Below, one piece after another: positions 51,652 to 59,465 of a stretch of DNA of 64,000 bases (position 1 is its first letter; each line of letters begins with the position of its first letter). Source of the DNA: an uncultured Halanaerobiales bacterium (GTDB lineage: Bacteria > Bacillota > Halanaerobiia > Halanaerobiales > M55B127); contig CAZGMM010000001.1 of the NCBI GenBank assembly GCA_964526845.1, forward strand, positions 1,970-65,969, in the 5' to 3' direction. Under the pieces are notes generated by a model. The model saw only the letters and a program-made list of their open reading frames with translations. It made no database searches and was not told where the DNA came from. The position numbers and the translations under genes are program-made.

Positions 51652-53975
51652 TGACTGAAGAAATGATTGGAAAAAGTGTTAAGAGAATTAAAGCTTTAGA
51701 AAAAGTAACAGGTGAAGCTACTTTTGTTCACGATATGGAAGTTCAGGGTATGCTCCATGCGAAAATGAAGTTAAGTCCCCATGCCCATGCTAAAATAGTC
51801 AATATAGATACTTCTGAGGCTGAAAAACTGCCCGGTGTATGGTCTGTATTAACCGGTAAGGATCTACCATATAAAGTTGGACTATACCTGGTTGATAAAG
51901 ATATATTAGCAGTTAATAAGGTAAGATACCAGGGTGAACCGGTAGCAGCAGTTGCAGCTGAAACTGAAGAAATTGCGGAAAAGGCAGTTGAATTAATAGA
52001 TGTTGAATATGAAGAATTAGAGGCAGCCTTAGATGTAAAAGAAGCTGCCAAAGAAGATGCCCCATTAGTACATGAAAACTTGGGTGAATTAGAGAGTGCC
52101 CCCGTTTTCTTCCCAAAACCAGGTACTAACATTGCTCACCATACTAAGATAAGAAAAGGTGATGTTGATAAAGGTTTTGAAGAAGCAGACTATATTGTAG
52201 AAAACGAATTTGAGTTACCAATGGTAGACCACACCGCAATGGAAACACATACTTCCATTGCACAGTGGAAAAAAGGTAAGAAGGTACAAATATGGACTTC
52301 TGCTCAGTCTCCCTTTGCTGTTAGAAACTTACTGGCAAATGGTTTACATTTAAACCATGAAGATATAGAGGTTAGAGTTCCTTATGTAGGCGGTGGATTC
52401 GGTGGTAAAGCCGGTATTCACTTTGAACCTCTGGTTACCTGCCTATCGAGAGCCTCTGATGGTAGACCCGTCAAGATTGTAATGTCTAGAGTACAGGAAT
52501 TTAACTCTGTACCCGTAAGACAGGGACTTTATTCCAAACTGAAAACTGGTGTCACCAAAGATGGTAAAATTGTTGCCCAGGAATCTGAATTCCTCTGGGA
52601 CAGTGGTGCTAACGCCGACTATGGTGTAAATGTAACAAGAGCAGCCGCTACTGCGGGAGCTGGTCCATATGAAATAGAAAATGTAAAACTGGATTCAAAA
52701 ACAGTCTATACAAACAAGATATTCGGTACAGCCTATAGAGGCTTCGGACACTTAGAGATCCTTTGGGCTGTTGAAAGACAGATGGACTTAGTGGCAGAAG
52801 AAATTGGGATGAGTCCATATGATATTAGAATGAAAAACGGCCTAAGAAGAGGCTCTGTAACTATTACCGGTGAACATATTGGTGATTCACACGGTAAAGT
52901 ATTAGAATGCCTTGAAAGGGTTGCAGAAGAAATAGATTATGATAATAGGGGTTCAGACGATCTACCGGAAGGTAAAAAACGCGGTAAGGGCTTGGCCTTA
53001 TTACACAAGGCGCCCGCGATGCCTACTAATACAGGTACGGCCGCCTTCCTTAAGTTCAATGAAAACGGCACCTTAAACTTAACTGTGTCCTTAGTTGACT
53101 ATGGTCAGGGAACCTATACAGCCCTGGCTCAAATCGTATCAGATCAGCTTGATATCCCAGTTGATAAGGTAAATGTTGTTTGGGAGCAAAATACTGATAC
53201 TAAGCCTTATGACTGGCAGACAGTTGCTTCTAAAGGACTCTTTATGTCCGGTAATGCAACAATTAAGGCCTGTGAAGATATGGCCCAACAACTAAAAGAA
53301 GTGGCATCTGAACCATTAAGATGTTCAGTTGAAGATCTAATTATCGAAGATGAAAAGGTAAAAATTAGACACCACCCCGATAAGTATATAACCTTTGAAG
53401 AACTAGCAATGGGTTATACTTATCCCAACGGTAATGCAATTGGTGGACCCCTAGTAGCAAGAGGTAACTATATTGCCCAGGGTCTAACCAATATCGATCC
53501 AGAAACAGGTCAGGGACTACCGGCCTTAGACTGGACCTATGGTGCCCATGGTGTAGAAGTTATCGTAGATGAAGAGACCGGGGAATTAAATGTAGTTAAG
53601 ATTGCTTCCGCCTTTGATGCTGGTAAAGTAATTAATGAAAAGAATGTTATCGGTCAAATTGAAGGTGGTGTAATTCAGGGTTATGGTTCTGCCGTGATGG
53701 AAGGTTACCAGTTCAGTGAAGACGGCCGATTATTGACCAATAGCTTTACTGATTATAAGGTACCTACTATTGCAGATATTCCAGAACTCACACCTATTAT
53801 TGTAGAAAATGCTCAGGAAGACGGTCCTTACGGGGCCCGCGGTGTAGCAGAACATCCCATGCTTTCTGTACCTTCTGCAGTAGGTAATGCTGTTCAGGAT
53901 GCAATCGGTGTTCACATTAAAGAAATGCCGGTCATTCCTGAAAAAATCTTCGAATTAATTCAAAAAGAAAAATAA
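51651..53975 (+). CDS. Molybdopterin-binding (large) subunit of an XDH-family hydroxylase, substrate unknown
   Basis: 774 aa; GGGFGGKAG, AYRGFGH and GARGVAEHP blocks. The GTG start overlaps the upstream stop. Confidence 0.9.
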   Translation: MTEEMIGKSVKRIKALEKVTGEATFVHDMEVQGMLHAKMKLSPHAHAKIVNIDTSEAEKLPGVWSVLTGKDLPYKVGLYLVDKDILAVNKVRYQGEPVAAVAAETEEIAEKAVELIDVEYEELEAALDVKEAAKEDAPLVHENLGELESAPVFFPKPGTNIAHHTKIRKGDVDKGFEEADYIVENEFELPMVDHTAMETHTSIAQWKKGKKVQIWTSAQSPFAVRNLLANGLHLNHEDIEVRVPYVGGGFGGKAGIHFEPLVTCLSRASDGRPVKIVMSRVQEFNSVPVRQGLYSKLKTGVTKDGKIVAQESEFLWDSGANADYGVNVTRAAATAGAGPYEIENVKLDSKTVYTNKIFGTAYRGFGHLEILWAVERQMDLVAEEIGMSPYDIRMKNGLRRGSVTITGEHIGDSHGKVLECLERVAEEIDYDNRGSDDLPEGKKRGKGLALLHKAPAMPTNTGTAAFLKFNENGTLNLTVSLVDYGQGTYTALAQIVSDQLDIPVDKVNVVWEQNTDTKPYDWQTVASKGLFMSGNATIKACEDMAQQLKEVASEPLRCSVEDLIIEDEKVKIRHHPDKYITFEELAMGYTYPNGNAIGGPLVARGNYIAQGLTNIDPETGQGLPALDWTYGAHGVEVIVDEETGELNVVKIASAFDAGKVINEKNVIGQIEGGVIQGYGSAVMEGYQFSEDGRLLTNSFTDYKVPTIADIPELTPIIVENAQEDGPYGARGVAEHPMLSVPSAVGNAVQDAIGVHIKEMPVIPEKIFELIQKEK

Positions 53976-53995
53976 GCAGCAATAAATTGTAGATT

Positions 53996-54029
53996 AACCG
54001 CTGTCTGTAAAAAGGCAGCGGTTTTTTTA
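53996..54029 (+). terminator. Rho-independent terminator ending the catabolic block
   Basis: AACCGCTG / CAGCGGTT stem followed by T7. Confidence 0.75.
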
Positions 54030-54038
54030 ATGAATAAC

Positions 54039-54067
54039 TTGAAATTTTAATAAATTTCATTTATAGT
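54039..54067 (+). promoter_or_regulatory. Sigma-A type promoter for the P-loop/Asp23-fabG-acpP operon
   Basis: TTGAAA (54039-54044), 17-nt spacer, TATAGT (54062-54067). It overlaps the palindrome GAAATTT-n4-AAATTTC. Confidence 0.55.
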
Positions 54068-54101
54068 AAATTTAAGAATATTTTTTTAAGGGGTGTAGAT
54101 A

Positions 54102-54911
54102 TTGTATGTATATGCACTGGTAGGTGTCAGTGGCTCAGGAAAAAGCCATAGAGCGGCTTTTGTGGCCGATAAATATGATATCCCTCTAATACTGGATGAC
54201 GGCCTTCTAATCTATAAAGGACGCGTTTTAGCGGGTAAATCAGCAAAGAGGGATAAAAGAAAGATCCAGGCGATTCGGACTGCCATCCTACTAGAGGAAG
54301 ATCATTTAAATGAAATAAAAGAAGCCCTAAAGGATGTAAATGAAGATAAAATACTAATCTTAGGTACTTCAATGCGGATGATAGAAAGAATTGTTGCCAA
54401 TTTGGAATTGGATGGAATAGATGAAATTATAAAAATAAATGATATTGCAGAAGAAGATGAAATTAAAAGAGCAATTGATACTAGAAAAAATGAAGGTAAA
54501 CATGTAATACCGGTTCCTAAGATTGAAGTAAAATCAAGATTCCCCGGCTATTTTATTCATTCCCTTGAACTGTTTTTTGGCAAAGGCAAGGGCTCGATAA
54601 AAAAAGAGAAGACAATTGTGAGACCGAAATTTTCTTATTTTGGTAACCTAGTAATATACAACCATGTGATTCGGGATCTGATTTCTTTTGAACTTTCCAA
54701 AGAAAAGATTATAATAGAAGTAAATTCAATCCATATTGAAAAAGAAGATAATGAAATTTGTGTTAACATCGAAATTATATTAAAATATGGTGTAGAGATA
54801 GTTGAATACATAAATTCCCTGCAGGTAAAACTAAATGAATCAATTGAAAAGTTTACAGGACTTTATCTAGACAACTTGAATTTTTATGTTAGTTCCCTAT
54901 ATGTCGAATAA
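54102..54911 (+). CDS. Hypothetical fusion protein: N-terminal P-loop NTPase plus C-terminal Asp23-like domain
   Basis: Walker A GVSGSGKS at residues 8-15. The C-terminal ~100 aa resemble Asp23/Gls24 (GNLVIYNHVIRDLI...VNIEIILKYGVEIVEYINSLQVKLNESIEKFTG). TTG start follows AAGGGGTG. Confidence 0.55.
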   Translation: MYVYALVGVSGSGKSHRAAFVADKYDIPLILDDGLLIYKGRVLAGKSAKRDKRKIQAIRTAILLEEDHLNEIKEALKDVNEDKILILGTSMRMIERIVANLELDGIDEIIKINDIAEEDEIKRAIDTRKNEGKHVIPVPKIEVKSRFPGYFIHSLELFFGKGKGSIKKEKTIVRPKFSYFGNLVIYNHVIRDLISFELSKEKIIIEVNSIHIEKEDNEICVNIEIILKYGVEIVEYINSLQVKLNESIEKFTGLYLDNLNFYVSSLYVE

Positions 54912-54926
54912 TGAGGAGATGATAGC

Positions 54927-55670
54927 TTGTTACTCAAAGACCAGGTTGCTGTCGTAACCGGTAGTTCCCGCGGTATCGGGGCAGCTACTGCTATCAAACT
55001 GGCTGAAGAAGGCGCAGATGTTGTTGTAAATTATAATAATGATAAGGATAGTGCAGAACAGACAGCTCAAAAGATCAGAGACTTAGGTAGAAAAGCTTTA
55101 GTAATTCAGGGTAATGTGGCTGAGATGGATGACGCAAAAAATTTAATTAAATCGACTGTCAAAGAATTTGATAAAATTGATATTCTAATCAATAATGCCG
55201 GTATCACAAAAGACGGACTCCTTTTAAGAATGAAGGAAAAAGACTTTAATGATGTTATTAATGTAAATTTACAGGGTACTTTCAACTGTACAAAGCAGGC
55301 GATCCGTTACATGATGAAACAGCGTCATGGTAAAATAGTGAATTTAAGTTCTGTAGTTGGATTAATGGGTAATGCCGGACAGTCTAATTATTCAGCTTCT
55401 AAAGCAGGGATAGTCGGTTTTACTAAGTCGGTGGCAAGAGAAGTGTCCAAAAGGGGTATTAATGTAAATGCAGTCGCCCCCGGTTATATTAACACTGATA
55501 TGACAGAAGAACTTCCTGCTAAAGTAAAAGAAGATATGTTAAAAAATATTCCCTTAGATAGATTTGGTGAAGTAGAAGATGTGGCAAATGTAATAATGTT
55601 TTTGGTTTCTCCATTAGCTAATTACGTAAATGGACAAACTATAAATATCGATGGAGGAATGTTAATGTGA
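54927..55670 (+). CDS. fabG: 3-oxoacyl-ACP reductase
   Basis: TGSSRGIG, NNAG and YSASKAG motifs. TTG start follows GAGGAG. Confidence 0.93.
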   Translation: MLLKDQVAVVTGSSRGIGAATAIKLAEEGADVVVNYNNDKDSAEQTAQKIRDLGRKALVIQGNVAEMDDAKNLIKSTVKEFDKIDILINNAGITKDGLLLRMKEKDFNDVINVNLQGTFNCTKQAIRYMMKQRHGKIVNLSSVVGLMGNAGQSNYSASKAGIVGFTKSVAREVSKRGINVNAVAPGYINTDMTEELPAKVKEDMLKNIPLDRFGEVEDVANVIMFLVSPLANYVNGQTINIDGGMLM

Positions 55671-55683
55671 AAGGGGGTGAAAA

Positions 55684-55920
55684 ATGATGGCAGATGTATT
55701 TGATAGAATAGTGAAGGTAGTATCTGAAGAGCTTGCAATTTCTGAAGATGAAATCACTGAAGATGCCTCATTTATTGATGATCTTGGTGCTGATTCATTA
55801 GATGTTGTAGAATTAATTATGGCATTGGAAGAGGAATTTGATATTGAAATTCCTGATGAAGACGCTGAAGAGATCGCAACTGTATCTGACGCAGTTGATT
55901 ATATAGAGGAAAATCTTTAA
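55684..55920 (+). CDS. acpP: Acyl carrier protein
   Basis: [12 protein letters not shown] contains the phosphopantetheine Ser motif. 78 aa. Confidence 0.95.
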   Translation: MMADVFDRIVKVVSEELAISEDEITEDASFIDDLGADSLDVVELIMALEEEFDIEIPDEDAEEIATVSDAVDYIEENL

Positions 55921-55943
55921 ACTTTAAATATAAGAATTTAAGG

Positions 55944-55980
55944 GGGGTATAATACATATCCATTATTATACCCCTTTTTG
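55944..55980 (+). terminator. Rho-independent terminator after acpP
   Basis: GGGGTATAATA / TATTATACCCC stem followed by T5. Confidence 0.75.
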
Positions 55981-56016
55981 AAAAGAAATAATGATGACAG
56001 GTGTGGTGAAACTTAG

Positions 56017-56724
56017 ATGACAGAATATTATTCAGTTGACAAGCTGGTAGAATTAGAGTCTAAATTAAATATTAAATTCAGTAATAAGAAATTACTCCGC
56101 AGGGCTTTAACCCATAAGTCATTTGCAAATGAGAATGCTGAACTGCAGATTAAGGATAATGAAAGATTAGAGTTTTTGGGAGACTCGGTTTTAAGTTTAT
56201 CGATCAGTACTTATATTTTTAATAAGTATGATGATTATAAAGAAGGAAAACTGGCCAAGATAAGGTCGGTCATAGTTAGCGCTCCGGTTTTAGCTGAAAA
56301 AGCTTCCGAATTGAATTTAGGCAAGTTTTTACTGCTTGGTAAAGGAGAAGAATTATCCGGGGGTAGAAACAGGGATTCAATTTTAGCAGATACCATGGAA
56401 GCTATTTTAGGTGCTATTTATCTGGATAAAGGTTTTGATTTTGCCTTTGAATTTATCATTAACAATTTTAAATCATTTATATATGAAGTTGATAACGGTA
56501 ATTATATTCAGGATTATAAAACGATGTTACAGGAAGTAATCCAAAAAAATAGTAATGATAGACCCGAATATGAAGTTGTGAAAGAAAAAGGGCCTGACCA
56601 TAATAAAGAATTTTATGTAGTTGTAAATTTTGAAAAGAGAGAACTTGGTTTTGGAAAGGGTAAAAGCAAGAAAGAAGCTGAACAAGAAGCAGCTAAGCAT
56701 GCTCTAAAGCAATTAGATAAGTGA
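56017..56724 (+). CDS. rnc: Ribonuclease III
   Basis: ERLEFLGDS signature and a C-terminal dsRBD. 235 aa. Confidence 0.95.
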   Translation: MTEYYSVDKLVELESKLNIKFSNKKLLRRALTHKSFANENAELQIKDNERLEFLGDSVLSLSISTYIFNKYDDYKEGKLAKIRSVIVSAPVLAEKASELNLGKFLLLGKGEELSGGRNRDSILADTMEAILGAIYLDKGFDFAFEFIINNFKSFIYEVDNGNYIQDYKTMLQEVIQKNSNDRPEYEVVKEKGPDHNKEFYVVVNFEKRELGFGKGKSKKEAEQEAAKHALKQLDK

Positions 56725-56733
56725 TCCTAACAT

Positions 56734-56762
56734 ATACACCCCGTTTGAGGGTGTATTTTTAT
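56734..56762 (+). terminator. Rho-independent terminator after rnc
   Basis: ATACACCC / GGGTGTAT stem followed by T5. Confidence 0.7.
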
Positions 56763-56780
56763 TGAAAGAGGGGATTAGGC

Positions 56781-57157
56781 ATGTATACTATAAGAGGTGC
56801 AATTACAGTAGAAAACAATCAAGAAGATAAGATCTTAAAAGCAGTTAAAGATTTAATTAATGAAATAGTTAAAGTAAATAATCTAGAAAAAGATGATATA
56901 ATAAGTTTTATCTTTTCCACAACCGAAGATCTGGACTCTGTTTATCCCGGCCAGGGGGTAAGGGAGTTGGGTTTTCAAAGAACCTCTATTATGTGTCTAC
57001 AGGAGATGTATGTTGAAGGTTCACTTGAAAAATGTATAAGAGTTAGGTTTTTATAAATGATGATAAAGACAAAGAGGATATCCACCATATATATCTGAAA
57101 AAGGCTAAAAATTTAAGAAAAGATCTTAATTATTTGGCAGAGGAGCCAAACCGATGA
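56781..57157 (+). pseudogene. aroH: AroH-type chorismate mutase interrupted by a 1-nt frameshift in a T5 run (57048-57052)
   Basis: Frame 1 gives MYTIRGAITVE...CIRVRFL*. The -1 frame continues as (F)INDDKDKEDIHHIYLKKAKNLRKDL...*, which aligns with the AroH C-terminus (IRHVYLEKVVVLRPDL in B. subtilis, as I recall it). The restored stop overlaps the next gene's ATG. Confidence 0.8.
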
Positions 57158-58146
57158 TTATTATATATGAAGGAAAAAATGAAAATTATATAAATCTCTT
57201 GGATTTCCTAAAGGATGAAGATATTAATTATTTAAAAAGGGAAAGAGACAACCTTATTGCCATAATAATAATTTCTGATATCGGAAAAAAGTTTGTAAAT
57301 ATAATAAGGACAACCTATAAACCAGATAATATATTAGAGGAAGATGAAGCACATCAGTTTCTAGACAGAACCCGCTTTATTGAAATTGACGGTAAAAAAG
57401 CCTTTCAACAGACTGACTTTGAAATTATCGCGGGTCCCTGTTCGGTAGAAAATAAAGTTCAGATGGAAGAAATAGGGCAAACCCTTTTTGATTTAAATAT
57501 CGAATATATAAGGGGAGGGGCCTTTAAACCCCGCACTTCCCCTTATCAATTCCAGGGCTTAGAAGAGAAAGGACTACAGCTATTAAAAGCCGAGGCCCAA
57601 AAACACGGTTTTAAGATAGTTACAGAGGTAATGGATACAGATAAAATAACAGTAGTAAGTGAGTATTCCGATATCTTACAGATCGGATCTAGAAACATGT
57701 ATAACTACAGTTTACTTAAAGAAGTCGGGAAAACAGATAAACCGGTTCTTTTAAAAAGAGGCATGAGTGCTACCTATGAAGAGTTCATAATGGCTGCTGA
57801 ATACATCTATAGGCAGGGAAATAAGAATATAATTCTCTGTGAGAGGGGGATAAGAACCTTTGCCGAGAAGACAAGATTTACACTTGATCTAATGGCAGTC
57901 CCTATCTTAAAAAAATTGAGCGATTACCCGATTATAGTAGATCCCAGCCATGGAACCGGTAGATGGGATTTAATTCAGCCGGCCGCAGCTGCTGCTTTAA
58001 CTCTGGGAGCCCAGGGAGTAATGGTTGAAATTCATCCCGAACCTGACCTGGCTTTAAGTGATGGTTATCAATCCCTGAACTTAAGTAATTTTAAAAAGTT
58101 AGTAAAAAATATCAAAAATCAAACAAAGAAATCAGGTCTTAAATAA
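57154..58146 (+). CDS. 3-deoxy-7-phosphoheptulonate (DAHP) synthase, type I-beta, with an N-terminal ferredoxin-like regulatory domain
   Basis: IIAGPCSVE, GGAFKPRTSPY.FQGL, KRG and DPSH motifs. The ~85-aa N-terminal extension resembles that of Thermotoga DAHPS. Confidence 0.9.
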   Translation: MIIIYEGKNENYINLLDFLKDEDINYLKRERDNLIAIIIISDIGKKFVNIIRTTYKPDNILEEDEAHQFLDRTRFIEIDGKKAFQQTDFEIIAGPCSVENKVQMEEIGQTLFDLNIEYIRGGAFKPRTSPYQFQGLEEKGLQLLKAEAQKHGFKIVTEVMDTDKITVVSEYSDILQIGSRNMYNYSLLKEVGKTDKPVLLKRGMSATYEEFIMAAEYIYRQGNKNIILCERGIRTFAEKTRFTLDLMAVPILKKLSDYPIIVDPSHGTGRWDLIQPAAAAALTLGAQGVMVEIHPEPDLALSDGYQSLNLSNFKKLVKNIKNQTKKSGLK

Positions 58147-58147
58147 G

Positions 58148-59446
58148 ATGGTTAAAAATATAAAAAGAAGATCAAATCAAAAGATAAAAGGAGAGCTTTA
58201 TCCTCCCCCTGATAAATCAATAACACACCGAAGTATAATTTTCGCCTCTATCGGGGAAGGCAGCTCAAGAATATATAACCCTTTAGAAGCAGACGACTGT
58301 TTAAAAACCCTACGAGCTTTTAAAGGAATGGGAGTTCAAATAACAAAGGAAGATAATTTTTATCTTTTAAAAGGAAATGGTTTGTCTGGTTTAACTCCAC
58401 CGGCCGATAAGATCGATTGTGGTAATTCCGGTACCACTATGCGGCTGTTAAGTGGACTACTGGCCGGACAAGAGGGCAGCTTTGTATTAACTGGTGATCA
58501 GTCCCTAAAAAATAGACCTATGAAAAGGATCTTGCATCCTTTAAGAAGGATGGGAGCAGATATAAAAGCACAAAAGGAAGATAACTATGCACCTTTGACA
58601 ATTAAAGGTAGTAAACTTTCAGCTATTAACTATAAATTACCGGTGGCCAGTGCCCAACTCAAATCAGCTTTGCTTTTAGCTAACCTTTATACAGCCGGTA
58701 AGATGGTATTAAAAGAACCGAAAGTTTCGCGAGACCATACTGAAATAATCATGGAAAGTTTAGGTTTAGATATCAAAAGAAAAGATCTTAAAATTGAGTT
58801 TAATTCCACCCATAATATTAAAGTACCAAATAATGAATATAGGATACCGGGGGATTTTTCCCAGGCGGCCTATTTTATGACAGCGGCCCTCCTTATTCCC
58901 GGTAGTGAACTTTTGATAAAAAGTGTCAACCTAAATCCGACCAGGACCGGTTTTTTACAAGTTATTATTGAGATGGGGGCAGAGATAGAAATCGCTAATA
59001 AAAAGAAGGTAAATGGTGAATTAATTGGAGATATAGTGGTTAAGCACAGTGAATTAGAAGGGGTAAATGTAAACGAAGATTTTATACCATCTATGATCGA
59101 TGAAATACCCTTGATTGCCGTTTTAGCCCTTAAAGCAACCGGTAAAACGACTATAAGATCTGCTGAGGAATTAAGAGTAAAAGAAAGTGATAGGCTGGTT
59201 GTCTTAAAGAATGCTTTTGATATTTTAAATTTGGATATAAATACCTTTGAAGATGGTTTTGAAATAAAAGGACCACAAAAGATAGAGGAAAGTGGTGTTT
59301 TAGACCCTAAAATGGACCATAGGATGGCCATGACATTGTCAGTTTTAGGGTTAATAGCAAAGTATGGAATTGGGTTGCAGGATACCTCTTGTATTAACAA
59401 TTCTTTTCCGAGATTTTTTGACAAATTAGATCAAATATTATATTAA
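58148..59446 (+). CDS. aroA: 3-phosphoshikimate 1-carboxyvinyltransferase (EPSP synthase)
   Basis: PPDKSITHR and CGNSGTTMRLL motifs. 432 aa. Confidence 0.95.
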   Translation: MVKNIKRRSNQKIKGELYPPPDKSITHRSIIFASIGEGSSRIYNPLEADDCLKTLRAFKGMGVQITKEDNFYLLKGNGLSGLTPPADKIDCGNSGTTMRLLSGLLAGQEGSFVLTGDQSLKNRPMKRILHPLRRMGADIKAQKEDNYAPLTIKGSKLSAINYKLPVASAQLKSALLLANLYTAGKMVLKEPKVSRDHTEIIMESLGLDIKRKDLKIEFNSTHNIKVPNNEYRIPGDFSQAAYFMTAALLIPGSELLIKSVNLNPTRTGFLQVIIEMGAEIEIANKKKVNGELIGDIVVKHSELEGVNVNEDFIPSMIDEIPLIAVLALKATGKTTIRSAEELRVKESDRLVVLKNAFDILNLDINTFEDGFEIKGPQKIEESGVLDPKMDHRMAMTLSVLGLIAKYGIGLQDTSCINNSFPRFFDKLDQILY

Positions 59447-59465
59447 ATATAAATGAGGTGGTAAA

